Positions 19,733 to 29,131 of a DNA stretch of 64,000 bases are shown here, piece after piece. How positions within the stretch are numbered: the first letter of the stretch is position 1; the number at the start of each line of letters is the position of its first letter. The DNA is taken from the NCBI GenBank assembly GCA_039208735.1, contig JBCCQY010000001.1, positions 96,001-160,000 of the forward strand, given 5' to 3'. Under the pieces are notes generated by a model. That model made no database searches. It was not told the DNA's origin and saw nothing but the letters and a program-made list of their open reading frames with translations. The position numbers and the translations under genes were made by a program. The DNA is from Myxococcota bacterium. Lineage in GTDB: Bacteria > Myxococcota_A > UBA796 > GCA-2862545.

Positions 19733-20524
19733 ATGACGACTCGACGCGACCTTTTGGCTTCTGTGACGTCCGCGGCCTTGGTCTTCCCCACGCGGGGATG
19801 GGCAGCGGGAACCCCTCGCATCACGCACTTTGACGTCCGAAGGTCCGAGGACCGTGGCACGGGGATGCGCGACTGGCTCTACAGTCGCCATACGTTTTCC
19901 TTCGCCGGCTATCGTGACCCTGCGCACATGGGTTTTCGCTCGCTGCGGGTCATCAACGAAGATGTGGTGGCGGGGGGCCGTGGATTCTCGCTGCATCCGC
20001 ATCGCGACATGGAGATCCTGACCTACGTGCTTTCCGGCGGACTGCGTCACAAAGACACCCTGGGCAACGAAGGGGTGATCCGACCTGGGCTCATCCAACA
20101 CATGAGTGCGGGAACCGGCATTCGCCACAGTGAGTTCAATGCTGCCGCCAAGACGGATGTGCATTTCCTGCAGATTTGGTTGCTCCCGAACCGTGCGGGG
20201 GGGGCGCCTAAATACGACGAACGCAAGGTTCCGACCGCTGAAAACCAGGGGCAACTCACCCTGCTCGCGTCGGGTGACCCAAAGGCCGATGCGATCACCA
20301 TCCACCAAGACGCCCACGTCTACGGATCGCAACTGCGCAAGGGTCAGGTACTGACCCACGAGGCTCAACCAGGACGGGGCACCTGGATCCAGGTGGCTGA
20401 GGGCTCGGTCGAACTCAACGGCCAGCGGTTCATCGCGGGCGATGGCGCATCCACCGAGCAAGCCGGCTTGCTCGACATCAAGGCCCTCGAACCGTCCAAT
20501 GTGGTGCTGTTCGATCTCGGATGA
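19733..20524 (+). CDS. pirin-family (YhhW-like) protein with Tat-like signal
   Basis: HTFSF..Y, LRVINED, HPHRDMEI, MSAGTGIRHSE, QIW; N-terminal TRRDLL + hydrophobic stretch. Confidence 0.92.
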   Translation: MTTRRDLLASVTSAALVFPTRGWAAGTPRITHFDVRRSEDRGTGMRDWLYSRHTFSFAGYRDPAHMGFRSLRVINEDVVAGGRGFSLHPHRDMEILTYVLSGGLRHKDTLGNEGVIRPGLIQHMSAGTGIRHSEFNAAAKTDVHFLQIWLLPNRAGGAPKYDERKVPTAENQGQLTLLASGDPKADAITIHQDAHVYGSQLRKGQVLTHEAQPGRGTWIQVAEGSVELNGQRFIAGDGASTEQAGLLDIKALEPSNVVLFDLG

Positions 20525-20724
20525 CTTCGGTGCGGGTATACTCCGGCTGCTGTGGGGCACCGGAGGTGCGTGTGCAACGATTCGGGATGCTGCACAAATC
20601 CAGTAGACCCATCCAGCGCATGTACTCCTTTGGCCGACTCCAACCCACGACCTCGCCTGACCTTGCCTTGATCAGACTCGCGCAAGCTTTGCGTGCTGCG
20701 GTTCTGATTTCGTGCAAGCTTTGC

Positions 20725-21363
20725 TTGCCGCTGATCAGCTTGGTGTTCGCTGGGAGCGCGATGGCCGCAGACCTCGATATCCGTGACGCCTACAGCCCGT
20801 TGAACTCAAGTCGGCCGGTCCGGTCCAAGACGCGATGGCTCATCCTGCACACAACGGAAGGCGGCGATTCGTCTGCGCAACGTGAGGTGCGGCGGCGCGG
20901 GCTTGCGAACTACCTCGTACTGCGAAATGGTCAGGTGCTACGCATCATCGCTCGGCAGCGAGAGGCACGCCATGCCGGAACCAGCATGTGGAACGGAACC
21001 AAGGACCTCGACCGGTTTTCGATCGGCATCGAGGTGGTCGGTTACCACAATCGAGGACTTACGACCGCGCAGGAAGGGGCATTGCGCCAACTCATCGAGC
21101 AGTTGCAGTCGATCTATCGGCTCGGTGATGATGCGGTGTTGCCTCACTCGATGGTGGCGTATGGGCACCCCAATCGCTGGCATAAGAAGGCCCACCGAGG
21201 GCGCAAGCGTTGCGCCATGCAGTTTGCGCGACCCGACCTGCGGGCCCGGATCGGCCTGACGTCACAGCCCAACCACGACCCCGATGTACGAGCCGGACGG
21301 CTGATTGAGGCGGATCCTGAACTTGCAAAGGTGCTTTTCGGTCATGCCAAAGGCCAACCATGA
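20725..21363 (+). CDS. N-acetylmuramoyl-L-alanine amidase (Amidase_2)
   Basis: LILHTTEG, ARHAG..W, SIGIEVVG, H; start approximate. Confidence 0.85.
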   Translation: MPLISLVFAGSAMAADLDIRDAYSPLNSSRPVRSKTRWLILHTTEGGDSSAQREVRRRGLANYLVLRNGQVLRIIARQREARHAGTSMWNGTKDLDRFSIGIEVVGYHNRGLTTAQEGALRQLIEQLQSIYRLGDDAVLPHSMVAYGHPNRWHKKAHRGRKRCAMQFARPDLRARIGLTSQPNHDPDVRAGRLIEADPELAKVLFGHAKGQP

Positions 21364-21368
21364 TGAGC

Positions 21369-21419
21369 GGCCAGCGAAGCTTGCGCGAGTCCGACCACCG
21401 CTGGCCTTCTGCGCTACGC
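21369..21419. repeat. REP-like dispersed palindromic element, copy 1
   Basis: GGCCAGCG...CGCTGGCC stem; 21380-21419 matches 48292-48331 at 37/40. Confidence 0.75.
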
Positions 21420-21429
21420 CCCTGCGGGT

Positions 21430-22092
21430 TTACGCGGTCACCAAGGCGAAAACGCTCGCGAAGTGAAGGGCAGCGGCGGCGACCGTCGCGGCATGGAAGG
21501 CTTCGTGGAAGCCGAAGGTGGCCGGCCACAGGGTCGGACGCTCCGTTGCGTAGACCAGGGCGCCGAGCGTGTAAATGGCACCTCCTGCGACCAGGAGACC
21601 GAGCGTGGGATCCCCGGCGGCGGCACGGAGTTCACCGATGTAGGGTGCGATGCTCCAACCGAGCGCAAGCGCGAGCCCAGCGCGCCACCATTTGGGCCCT
21701 TGCAGGTTCAATACGCAGTACAAAATGCCCAGGGCTGCGCCGCCCCACACGAACTGTAGCAAAGACTCCCCTTGTCCAACGGGCAGGCCGATCAACGCCA
21801 CCGGGGTGTACGTTCCTGCGATGAGCACAAAGATGGATGCATGGTCCACCCGACGAATCCAGTTCTCGGCGGGCAGGGTCCAGTCGCCACGATGGAGCAG
21901 GGCGCTCACGCCGAACTGAAGGACCAGGCTAGCGGCGAACACGGCGACAGCTACGCTGGCCCGACCGGTCGGTGCAATGGCTACGAGAACGAGCCCCGCG
22001 CCCAATGCGGTTGGTGCCGCATATTGATGAAGCAGACCTCGAAAAACCGGTTTTTGGAGAGCGTCCGCCAACGTGCCGCCTGGGTCGCGCAC
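21430..22092 (-). CDS. hemolysin III / PAQR family membrane protein
   Basis: KPVFRGLLH, SALLH, DHASIFVLIAGTYTP, FGFHEAFH. Confidence 0.92.
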   Translation of the reverse strand: MRDPGGTLADALQKPVFRGLLHQYAAPTALGAGLVLVAIAPTGRASVAVAVFAASLVLQFGVSALLHRGDWTLPAENWIRRVDHASIFVLIAGTYTPVALIGLPVGQGESLLQFVWGGAALGILYCVLNLQGPKWWRAGLALALGWSIAPYIGELRAAAGDPTLGLLVAGGAIYTLGALVYATERPTLWPATFGFHEAFHAATVAAAALHFASVFALVTA

Positions 22093-22115
22093 GCTGTAAC
22101 CTCTGCCTCCTGCCT

Positions 22116-23072
22116 TTACCGGGGGCGCTTCCGATACTGGCTTAAGGCTCGGGCCACGGTCGGACTCCCATGTTCTAAAGCCCAATCTTCGAGTACCTTC
22201 CGTTCGTTGGCATCTCCGTCGACAAGGGCTTCCAGTTCGGCCGGGATGCCCGGAAGCACCACGTGCTCGTGAACGCGCATGCGGTGGTCGAGCCATTGAA
22301 TGCGATTAGGGGTTCGAGCATGGGCTCCGAAGACGTTCTTGGCCAGTCGGGTGATGCGTTTGGTGCGGCGGTCCGCAACCCACAAACGTCCGTCTTCCAT
22401 CACGGTGGCCAGAACCGAGCCACAGTTCGACAGGCTTGCGTGTTGCAGCGCCCCGTCCACCACGACCTCCCAGGCACAGTCTCGCGCTGCGTCGAGCCAT
22501 TCCGCTGTGGTGTCGGTGTTGGTCACGTTGAGCAAGATGGGACCGGCTTCTAGCCAGCCGATATCCACCGTGGTTTCACGGAGGGATAGCACACGTTCAA
22601 ACTCGGTACCATCCGCCTCAAAGACACGAATGGCCTCCACCCCCCAATCAAAGCGCTCCTCGGGATTGCCGATCGTGTAGTGCAGCCCGCAGGCTCGACC
22701 GGTTTCGCTAATCATGATCCCAAAGTTCCGCTGACTGCGGTGTGACCTCCCCAACACGTCCCACGGGGAGGCTGGCCCGTGTCGTTCATGCCGACGGATG
22801 GAAAGATTCCGTTGCACAAGGGCCGCAATGGCGTTGCCATGGGCCGCGATCTCAGGCCGGTAGAATCCCTGGGGGAAGTCCAATCGATCGGTGACGATAA
22901 ACGTCTCACCCTGCAGCACCGCGATGCCTCCGGTATCGAGCAACACCGCTGCTTGGCTTGTGCCGGGCACAAACGCACTGGCGATCGAGCCGGCAGGTAG
23001 GGGCGACTGCCGACCGTCAAACCAGATCAAAGCCTGATCTCGAAGGGTGGCGAGTCGTGCGGGCGGGCTCAT
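22116..23072 (-). CDS. hypothetical protein (beta-rich, C-terminal TIGR02996-like motif)
   Basis: Long ORF; ends ERKVLEDWALEHG. Confidence 0.6.
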   Translation of the reverse strand: MSPPARLATLRDQALIWFDGRQSPLPAGSIASAFVPGTSQAAVLLDTGGIAVLQGETFIVTDRLDFPQGFYRPEIAAHGNAIAALVQRNLSIRRHERHGPASPWDVLGRSHRSQRNFGIMISETGRACGLHYTIGNPEERFDWGVEAIRVFEADGTEFERVLSLRETTVDIGWLEAGPILLNVTNTDTTAEWLDAARDCAWEVVVDGALQHASLSNCGSVLATVMEDGRLWVADRRTKRITRLAKNVFGAHARTPNRIQWLDHRMRVHEHVVLPGIPAELEALVDGDANERKVLEDWALEHGSPTVARALSQYRKRPR

Positions 23073-23078
23073 GGGCGA

Positions 23079-23627
23079 TCAGGGCTCTTGCAGCACCAGG
23101 GGCAACGAATCGAACCGTCCTTCAAAGGGCACGGTGTCGAGCACAACACCTTGGTCGATCTCATCGATCTCGCCCGAGAACCGACCCGAAACCAGGCCGG
23201 CCGCTCGATCGAGGACTTCGATGGTGAAGCTGCCGGTGCCTTTCGCGTCCATGTCGGTTGCCCAGGTGCGGGCGGTCGCGGTGACCACGTCGACGTCGCC
23301 ATAGCCAAACTGTGTGGTTTGGGCAGGCTCCCCCCAACGTCCGACCGGATACGAACCGACATCTAGCGGCATCAAGTCGGAAACCACGATGGCGAGCGTG
23401 GAGGAGGGAGTCGAGGCCTGGAGGGTGAGGATGGACGCAGGACTGTCCACAAGGTCGACCGAGCCCTGGAGCACCAGCTCGCTGCGGTCTCCGTCGAGGT
23501 TCCACTCCACCACGTTCGACGGAGGGGCCGGATTGTCGATGGGTGGAGAAGTTTGGGGTTCAACGTCGTCGTCTCCGTCGATGACGAAGATGCAACCCGT
23601 GACGATCCAGAGGAATGGTGAAACCAT
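23079..23627 (-). CDS. putative lipoprotein
   Basis: MVSPFLWIVTGC lipobox; SGRFSG beta-rich domain. Confidence 0.65.
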   Translation of the reverse strand: MVSPFLWIVTGCIFVIDGDDDVEPQTSPPIDNPAPPSNVVEWNLDGDRSELVLQGSVDLVDSPASILTLQASTPSSTLAIVVSDLMPLDVGSYPVGRWGEPAQTTQFGYGDVDVVTATARTWATDMDAKGTGSFTIEVLDRAAGLVSGRFSGEIDEIDQGVVLDTVPFEGRFDSLPLVLQEP

Positions 23628-23727
23628 AACGACCCTCGCGTAGCTCGATGCTCGAGCGATTCGCTTAGCGAGCTTTTCGACCAAGTCAATGCCCTCGTTC
23701 GTGGTGCAAAACGAACCGCCGGGCGTA

Positions 23728-24090
23728 TCACTTCGCGTTTGGCAACGCCAGAAAGCGTCGGCGGGCCCGAATCGTCTCGGCGGAGTCCGAGGCGTCCGGG
23801 GCGTTCACCACGAACGCCACGTCCGTGCCCAGACATCAGACCTGCAAATCCCTCGGGAGAGCGCTCCTTGGCGGAGATTCCCTCGACTTCGACAATGACA
23901 TCCCCGACGTTGAGCCCTAGCTCCCAGGCCGAGGAGCCCTCGATGATGTTGGTGATGCGCATCCCTTCCGTGTCGGGACGAAAGTGCACCCCGACTCCCC
24001 CCGCGGGTTCGGGGGACATCTCAAGCCCAGGACAGTCGACGGCCACGACCTCTGCATCGGTCAGGATCTCCCCGACCTGCGGCGGTCCGT
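23728..24090 (-). pseudogene. PDZ-domain gene remnant
   Basis: GGVGVHF...ITNIIEGSSAWELGLNVGDVIVEVEG PDZ motif; frameshift near 23828 into GTDVAFVV...NAK*; N-terminus missing. Confidence 0.65.
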
Positions 24091-24239
24091 GAATGGACCT
24101 ACAACAGAGGTTGGTGACCCCGGTGCGCTACATCCGCCCTCGGCCCGAGTTCGATGTGCACTGGGGGTTGGTCGGCCGGCACAGCAGGCCGCTGTAGCGG
24201 GCAGCGTAGCGGATTCGCAAGGGTTTGCCAGCGTTGTGG

Positions 24240-25784
24240 TTAAGCACCTTCGTTCAGCGGAGGAGGCGGGGTGAGCCTCGGTCCCAGTCGCTTGGCAATG
24301 GCAGAGAGTCGCCCTTCGGATTCCCACTTTCGAAAGCGGTGATAGGCGGTTTGCCAGGGTCCAAAGGTGGGGGGGAGCGCCCGCCAGGGAGCCCCCGTCG
24401 TCAACACCCAGAGGACCGCTTCCAGAATGTGCCGATCCGGTCGGGGAGGCCGGCCCCGCGATCGTTTGGGCGGGGGGAAAAGGTGGGCGATCCTGGACCA
24501 TTCCCGGTCGGTGAGGGTCGTCCTGCGGTTCGGGGTCGGCGAACGTCGGCGGCGTTGCACTTCGCGGGCATTCCGACTGCGCTCCTCGAGGTAGCGCCGT
24601 TCGCTCAGGTTCTCCGTGAGCTGACCCGCGCGATCGAAGGCAAGTGACGCTTCGGTGCGACGTCCGAGGCGGACCAACAAGTCGCCGCGGACCGCATGAA
24701 GCAGGTGGAATTCCACGAGTTGACCGCGTGCGGCAAGGCGGTCGACCCAGTCCAACGCTTGTTCGGGACCATGGCTCATCGCGAGCGCCACTGCAGCATT
24801 CAGCTCGACGATAGGGGTGGGCTGGTGCCGCAGCAGCGTTCCATACAAGGCCGTGATTTGAACCCAGTCCGTCTCGTCGATGGACGCCGCACGCGCATGA
24901 AGCGCCGCAATGGCCGCCTGCAGTTGGTAGGGACCAGGTTTCAGGTGGGTCAGGGCCTGGTCGAGGTCCCGCAAGCCGGCCTCAATCTCATCCCTTCGCC
25001 AACGGTTGCGATCCTGGTCCTCGAGCCGAACCAGGGCCTGATCGGTGGTATGGCGCGCGTCGCGGCGGGCATGATGGAGTCGCATGAGGGCGACGAGGCC
25101 CAGGACTTCAGGTTCCTGGGGGAGGAGGTCGCTGACCGCTTCGCTTAGGCGAATGGCCTCCGCACACACTTCCGGTCGCACCATGTCGAGGCCGGTTGTC
25201 GGGGCATAGCCCTCGTTGAAAAGCAGGTAGATCGAAGACATCACGGCCGCTACCCGCTCACCCCTCTGGCGTGGTCCGGGCACTTCGAACGGAATGCCGG
25301 CGTCTCGGATCTTTCGGCTGGCCCGAGAGAGCCGACGTCGCATCGCCTCGGGAGACTCGAGGAAGGCCCGGGCGACGGCTTCGTTCGGCAGGCCACACAG
25401 CGTTCGCAGCGCTAGGCCGACCTGGTTTCGGGGCTCGATGGCGGGGTGACAGCAGGCAAACAGCAACGCGAGCCGGTGATCGCCCGTCGGTTCGGACGCT
25501 TGGGCCCCGGGGGCGGCCTCCGCTCGCACGGCATCGGCGTAGTCACGCGCTACCGTCCGCTGGCGCACCTGGTCGAGCGCACGATGGCGGGCCACCGCAT
25601 AGAGCCAGGCGGCGGGCTGTTCGGGAAGACCTTGGACGGGCCAAACTTCCATCGCCTTGATCGCCGCGTCCTGAACCACTTCTTCCGCGAGTTCGATGTC
25701 TCGGAAAGCACGTGCGAGGGCTGCGACGAGGCGGGGACCCTGACGGCGTAGGAGCGCCTCGACCTGGTCACGGACGTCGAGCAA
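24240..25784 (-). CDS. ECF42-type sigma factor (TPR-like extension) fused to IS5-family transposase N-terminal domain
   Basis: AEEVVQDA, LLFACCHPAI, YLLFNEGY, GPYQLQAAIAA, DW..I..LY; then in frame LTDREW...GRP...GAPWRALP..FGPWQTAYHRFRKW. Confidence 0.9.
   Translation of the reverse strand: MLDVRDQVEALLRRQGPRLVAALARAFRDIELAEEVVQDAAIKAMEVWPVQGLPEQPAAWLYAVARHRALDQVRQRTVARDYADAVRAEAAPGAQASEPTGDHRLALLFACCHPAIEPRNQVGLALRTLCGLPNEAVARAFLESPEAMRRRLSRASRKIRDAGIPFEVPGPRQRGERVAAVMSSIYLLFNEGYAPTTGLDMVRPEVCAEAIRLSEAVSDLLPQEPEVLGLVALMRLHHARRDARHTTDQALVRLEDQDRNRWRRDEIEAGLRDLDQALTHLKPGPYQLQAAIAALHARAASIDETDWVQITALYGTLLRHQPTPIVELNAAVALAMSHGPEQALDWVDRLAARGQLVEFHLLHAVRGDLLVRLGRRTEASLAFDRAGQLTENLSERRYLEERSRNAREVQRRRRSPTPNRRTTLTDREWSRIAHLFPPPKRSRGRPPRPDRHILEAVLWVLTTGAPWRALPPTFGPWQTAYHRFRKWESEGRLSAIAKRLGPRLTPPPPLNEGA
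24280..24520 (-). mobile_element. IS5-family transposase N-terminal (DUF4096-like) fragment, no DDE domain
   Basis: Characteristic LTD.EW / GRP / W..LP..FGPW.T.Y.RF..W motifs; no terminal inverted repeats recognised. Confidence 0.8.
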
Positions 25785-25790
25785 GGCGCC

Positions 25791-26159
25791 TCATGATGAC
25801 GAGAGTTCTGCGGGCTCGGTGCCCAAGGGGCGTAGCTCCACGCTGCCCCCCCACAAGGCCGGGCATCGCTTCGCCCAGGCCAGTGCCTCATCGAGATCGT
25901 TGACCTCGAGAATGTAGAACCCGCCAATTTGTTCGCGAGCTTCTGCGTAGGGACCATCCGTGACCTGGATGGAACCGTCTCGTCCCCGAAGAATCGTGGC
26001 CGTGTGACTGGGCTGGAGTTCCGCGCCGCCGGCCAAGGCTCCTGACGCTGCAAGTTCTGCGTTGAACGTCATGTACTCGGCTACGGCCTGCTTTTGGGCC
26101 TCGGGAGGCATCGCTTCCCAAGCTTGCTCGTCGCCACGAAGGAGGAGTGCGTACCGCAT
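25791..26159 (-). CDS. YCII/DGPF-family protein
   Basis: VTDGPYAEAREQIGGFY, VELRP; the usual ECF42 partner. Confidence 0.92.
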   Translation of the reverse strand: MRYALLLRGDEQAWEAMPPEAQKQAVAEYMTFNAELAASGALAGGAELQPSHTATILRGRDGSIQVTDGPYAEAREQIGGFYILEVNDLDEALAWAKRCPALWGGSVELRPLGTEPAELSSS

Positions 26160-26160
26160 G

Positions 26161-26709
26161 TCAGCTCCGGTCCGAAGCGGTTGCGAGCACCGCGTCGAGC
26201 TTCTTCAGTCCTGCTTCGTAATCCGGTCCCAAGACTTGGTCGGCGACGACACCAAAGAAGCGGTCCGGGCCGTAGGGCAGGTCACCCGACGCCGTCCACG
26301 TGACCTTGGTGCGGCCGTTCCCAAGGTCCACCAGGGTGAATCGGTCGGTCGAGGAGAGGTCGAAGGGCGCGTCGTAGTCCAAGTTCGACACGACTTCGAT
26401 TCCGGGTACCACCGAGGTGAGGGTGAGCGTGGCCTGACCGATGACCTCGCCGTCCCATGACATCGAGGCCCCCGGCATCGTCGGGGTGCCGGTGAAGGCG
26501 TACCGAGCGTTCGGATCCTGGGTCTTCCACGGCACCCAATCGAGGCGGTCGGGGAAGTGGCTCACGTAGTGCGTGACCGCAGCAGGTGTTCCGCGAACCA
26601 CCGCGGTGCGGGACACCTCATAGTGACCGGGAAGCAGCGCCGGTACGAGTGCGGCTAGCAGCACGCCGGCGGTGGTGAGGCCGAGAGCCATGCGTAGGGT
26701 TGCGTTCAT
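26161..26709 (-). CDS. SRPBCC family protein
   Basis: VSRT...W.PW...DP, G.TKVTW, GPDYEAGLKKL. Confidence 0.85.
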   Translation of the reverse strand: MNATLRMALGLTTAGVLLAALVPALLPGHYEVSRTAVVRGTPAAVTHYVSHFPDRLDWVPWKTQDPNARYAFTGTPTMPGASMSWDGEVIGQATLTLTSVVPGIEVVSNLDYDAPFDLSSTDRFTLVDLGNGRTKVTWTASGDLPYGPDRFFGVVADQVLGPDYEAGLKKLDAVLATASDRS

Positions 26710-26746
26710 TTCATTCTCCTGTCTGCACTGCTTGGTGCACCCAGGA

Positions 26747-26773
26747 GACGCGTCGGCCTCCCCGTGCGCGACC
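26747..26773 (-). promoter_or_regulatory. candidate ECF42 autoregulatory promoter
   Basis: Minus strand GGTCGC-N17-CGTC upstream of the SRPBCC-YCII-sigma operon; resembles a TGTCGA/CGTC ECF promoter. Confidence 0.35.
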
Positions 26774-26919
26774 TGTGACCAACGACTCTGTCCTAAGCGC
26801 CATCCTGGTTCTATTTTGTCTGAAAAATCAGCCCCGGTTCAAGTGTGCCAAGGGTTCGGCAAGGAACCGTGAAGGTGAGGTTGGGGGGACCCCACTAGGT
26901 CTGCTGTTCAGGAGGAGCC

Positions 26920-27459
26920 ATGCTTCGAACCCGATGGATGAGTGCGCTATTGCTGGTCGGCTTGATGGGATGCATCGACCCAACCGGCGCCACGGGAGCG
27001 ACCGGGGACCCCGGACCGGCGGGTCCGGTCGGTCCAGCAGGACCCGAAGGCCCGGCGGGTCCCGCAGGCGCCGATGGTTCACCTGGCATGGTGGCCTCGG
27101 GTTGGTTCGTGCTTGGCGGCTATGATTGGGCGCGAATCGACGATGGTACGGCCGAAGTCGTGTACGAGGCCACGATCGATGCTCCAGACCTGACCCAGGC
27201 CCATCTCGACTCCGGTGCCGTACTCGTGTTTGGGGGCCTCGATGGCTACGGGTTTGACGGTCGCATTTGGGTCGATGGTCACGTCGCGCAGCTCCCCATC
27301 TCGCTGATGTACGAGCTCGATCAGGGACCCATGATCGACGCTTGGACGGCGCGAATGGAACCAGGCACCATCCGCCTACGCTTCTCGAACAGCATCGACT
27401 ACTGGACGTACGGAATCGCGAGCGACCATCGGTTTCGGTATGTGCTGATGAATCCGTAG
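26920..27459 (+). CDS. collagen-like lipoprotein
   Basis: Lipobox LMGC; about 11 G-X-Y triplets; AGGAGG RBS. Confidence 0.85.
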   Translation: MLRTRWMSALLLVGLMGCIDPTGATGATGDPGPAGPVGPAGPEGPAGPAGADGSPGMVASGWFVLGGYDWARIDDGTAEVVYEATIDAPDLTQAHLDSGAVLVFGGLDGYGFDGRIWVDGHVAQLPISLMYELDQGPMIDAWTARMEPGTIRLRFSNSIDYWTYGIASDHRFRYVLMNP

Positions 27460-27480
27460 CGACGATGGCACAAATGCGAG

Positions 27481-28719
27481 TTGCACAACCGCCAGGCTGG
27501 GCAACCTTTCCTTGTGGCAGAATGTCGACGCAAAGCTCTGGTGGTGATCGGAACCCGCCCCGAGGCAATCAAACTTGCGACGGTGGTGCAGGAGCTTAAG
27601 TCACGTCCTCACGTTCGAACCGAGGTGTGCCTGACGGGTCAGCACGACGACCTGCTCCAGCCCGTGCTCCAGACGTTCGAATTGGAAGCCACCCATCATC
27701 TTCAGGCCCGTTCGGATCACGAACCCTCGTTGGCGGTGTTGACGGCTCGGATTGTGGAACGGTTCACCCACGTGCTGGAGGCGGCAAAGCCCGACTGGGT
27801 CATCGTGCAAGGCGATACCACTTCGGCCCTCGCCGCAGCCCTCGCAGCGTTCTACGCACGACGGCGGATTGCGCATGTCGAAGCCGGCCTTCGAACGGGG
27901 AACTTGCAGTCGCCGTGGCCCGAAGAAGGCAACCGACGCATGATTGGGCAGATCGCGGACCTGCACTTCGCGCCAACCATGGCGGCGCGTCGGGCGTTGC
28001 TTGCGGAGGGCATCGACGCGCAACGCATTCGGGTGACCGGGAACACCGGCATTGACGCCCTGCGATTTGTGGCGCGGCAGATTGAGTCGGATGCGAGGGT
28101 TCGATCGAGTCTGGAAGACCGATTTGCAAGGGCAGAGGGTGCGGGCCCGATGTTGCTCGTGACCTGTCATCGCAGGGAGAGCCAGGGACGGCCGCTGGCC
28201 CAGCTCGTCCAAGCGCTCATCGAGGTCTTGCGGGTGCGACGCGATGTGCACGTGATGTGGCCCGTTCACCCAAATCCCAGGGTCGCGGGACCCGTTCGCG
28301 CCCTCCTCGAGGCCGCCCCTGACGTGCGCAGCCGGCTACATCTCCTCGGTCCGGTGGACTATCGGGCATTTGTCTACCTGATGCAGCGCGCGACCTGTGT
28401 GATTACTGATTCGGGAGGCATTCAGGAAGAAGCTCCTTCTTTGGGGCTACCCACCCTGGTCGTGCGCACGTCCACCGAACGCATGGAAGCGGTTCGGGCG
28501 GGAGCAGCGATTCTCGTGGGTACCGAACGACCGAGCCTCGTGCGCCACGTTCTTCAACTGCTCGATGACCCCGTGCATCGTGCCGCCATGAGTGAGGTGC
28601 GCGACGTGTTTGGGGATGGGCGTGCGAGCAGGCGCATCGTCGAGGCCCTGTTCACAAGCCCCGCCAAGGCTGGATGCGGGGTGGGCGCTTCCGGTAGGGT
28701 GCTCGAGACGATGGGATGA
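27481..28719 (+). CDS. wecB: UDP-N-acetylglucosamine 2-epimerase (non-hydrolysing)
   Basis: GTRPEAIK, TGQH, QGDTT, HVEAGLR, PEE.NR, DSGGIQEEAP; start uncertain. Confidence 0.95.
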   Translation: MHNRQAGQPFLVAECRRKALVVIGTRPEAIKLATVVQELKSRPHVRTEVCLTGQHDDLLQPVLQTFELEATHHLQARSDHEPSLAVLTARIVERFTHVLEAAKPDWVIVQGDTTSALAAALAAFYARRRIAHVEAGLRTGNLQSPWPEEGNRRMIGQIADLHFAPTMAARRALLAEGIDAQRIRVTGNTGIDALRFVARQIESDARVRSSLEDRFARAEGAGPMLLVTCHRRESQGRPLAQLVQALIEVLRVRRDVHVMWPVHPNPRVAGPVRALLEAAPDVRSRLHLLGPVDYRAFVYLMQRATCVITDSGGIQEEAPSLGLPTLVVRTSTERMEAVRAGAAILVGTERPSLVRHVLQLLDDPVHRAAMSEVRDVFGDGRASRRIVEALFTSPAKAGCGVGASGRVLETMG

Positions 28720-28723
28720 CTTC

Positions 28724-29131
28724 ATGACGGGGCCAACGCAACCCGACGACGCACAGATAGCCCTCTTTCGCACGACTCGAACCTGGCTTCTTTGGTGTGG
28801 CGTTGCGGTCGGCGGCTCCAGCATGATTTGCTGTTCGGGTTCCGTATTTTGGATGATTCCAAAGGCCTTCACGCTCAACTGGAGCGACGGACCAGAGATG
28901 ATCATCTGGGCGGGCCTCTACGGGTGGCTGGGTCTCATGGGGTTTTTGGTTTCGGCCTTGGCGATTAGCCAGTCGCGGTCCATCGCTTTGGTGCTCGACA
29001 GCGGCCAACCCCCCGAGCAAGTCGCGTGGGCCAAGGCCTACGTACGGACCACCTGGTTCTTCATGGTCGGGGGAATGATGTTGGCATCGATCGCAGTCTT
29101 GGGCGGGATGGCCGCGATGTTGTCGCTATGA
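28724..29131 (+). CDS. hypothetical 3-TM membrane protein
   Basis: Hydrophobic helices; coupled to next gene. Confidence 0.65.
   Translation: MTGPTQPDDAQIALFRTTRTWLLWCGVAVGGSSMICCSGSVFWMIPKAFTLNWSDGPEMIIWAGLYGWLGLMGFLVSALAISQSRSIALVLDSGQPPEQVAWAKAYVRTTWFFMVGGMMLASIAVLGGMAAMLSL

Noticed and set aside
20682..20724. Direct repeat GCAAGCTTTGC x2 / possible sigma-54 promoter before the amidase
   Set aside because: Lacks the GG of the -24 element; two 11-mers are too weak to call
24240..24600. Active IS5 element
   Set aside because: No DDE catalytic ORF, terminal inverted repeats or target duplication found
27481..28719. Polysaccharide biosynthesis cluster around wecB
   Set aside because: No glycosyltransferase, flippase or dehydrogenase genes nearby; stand-alone gene
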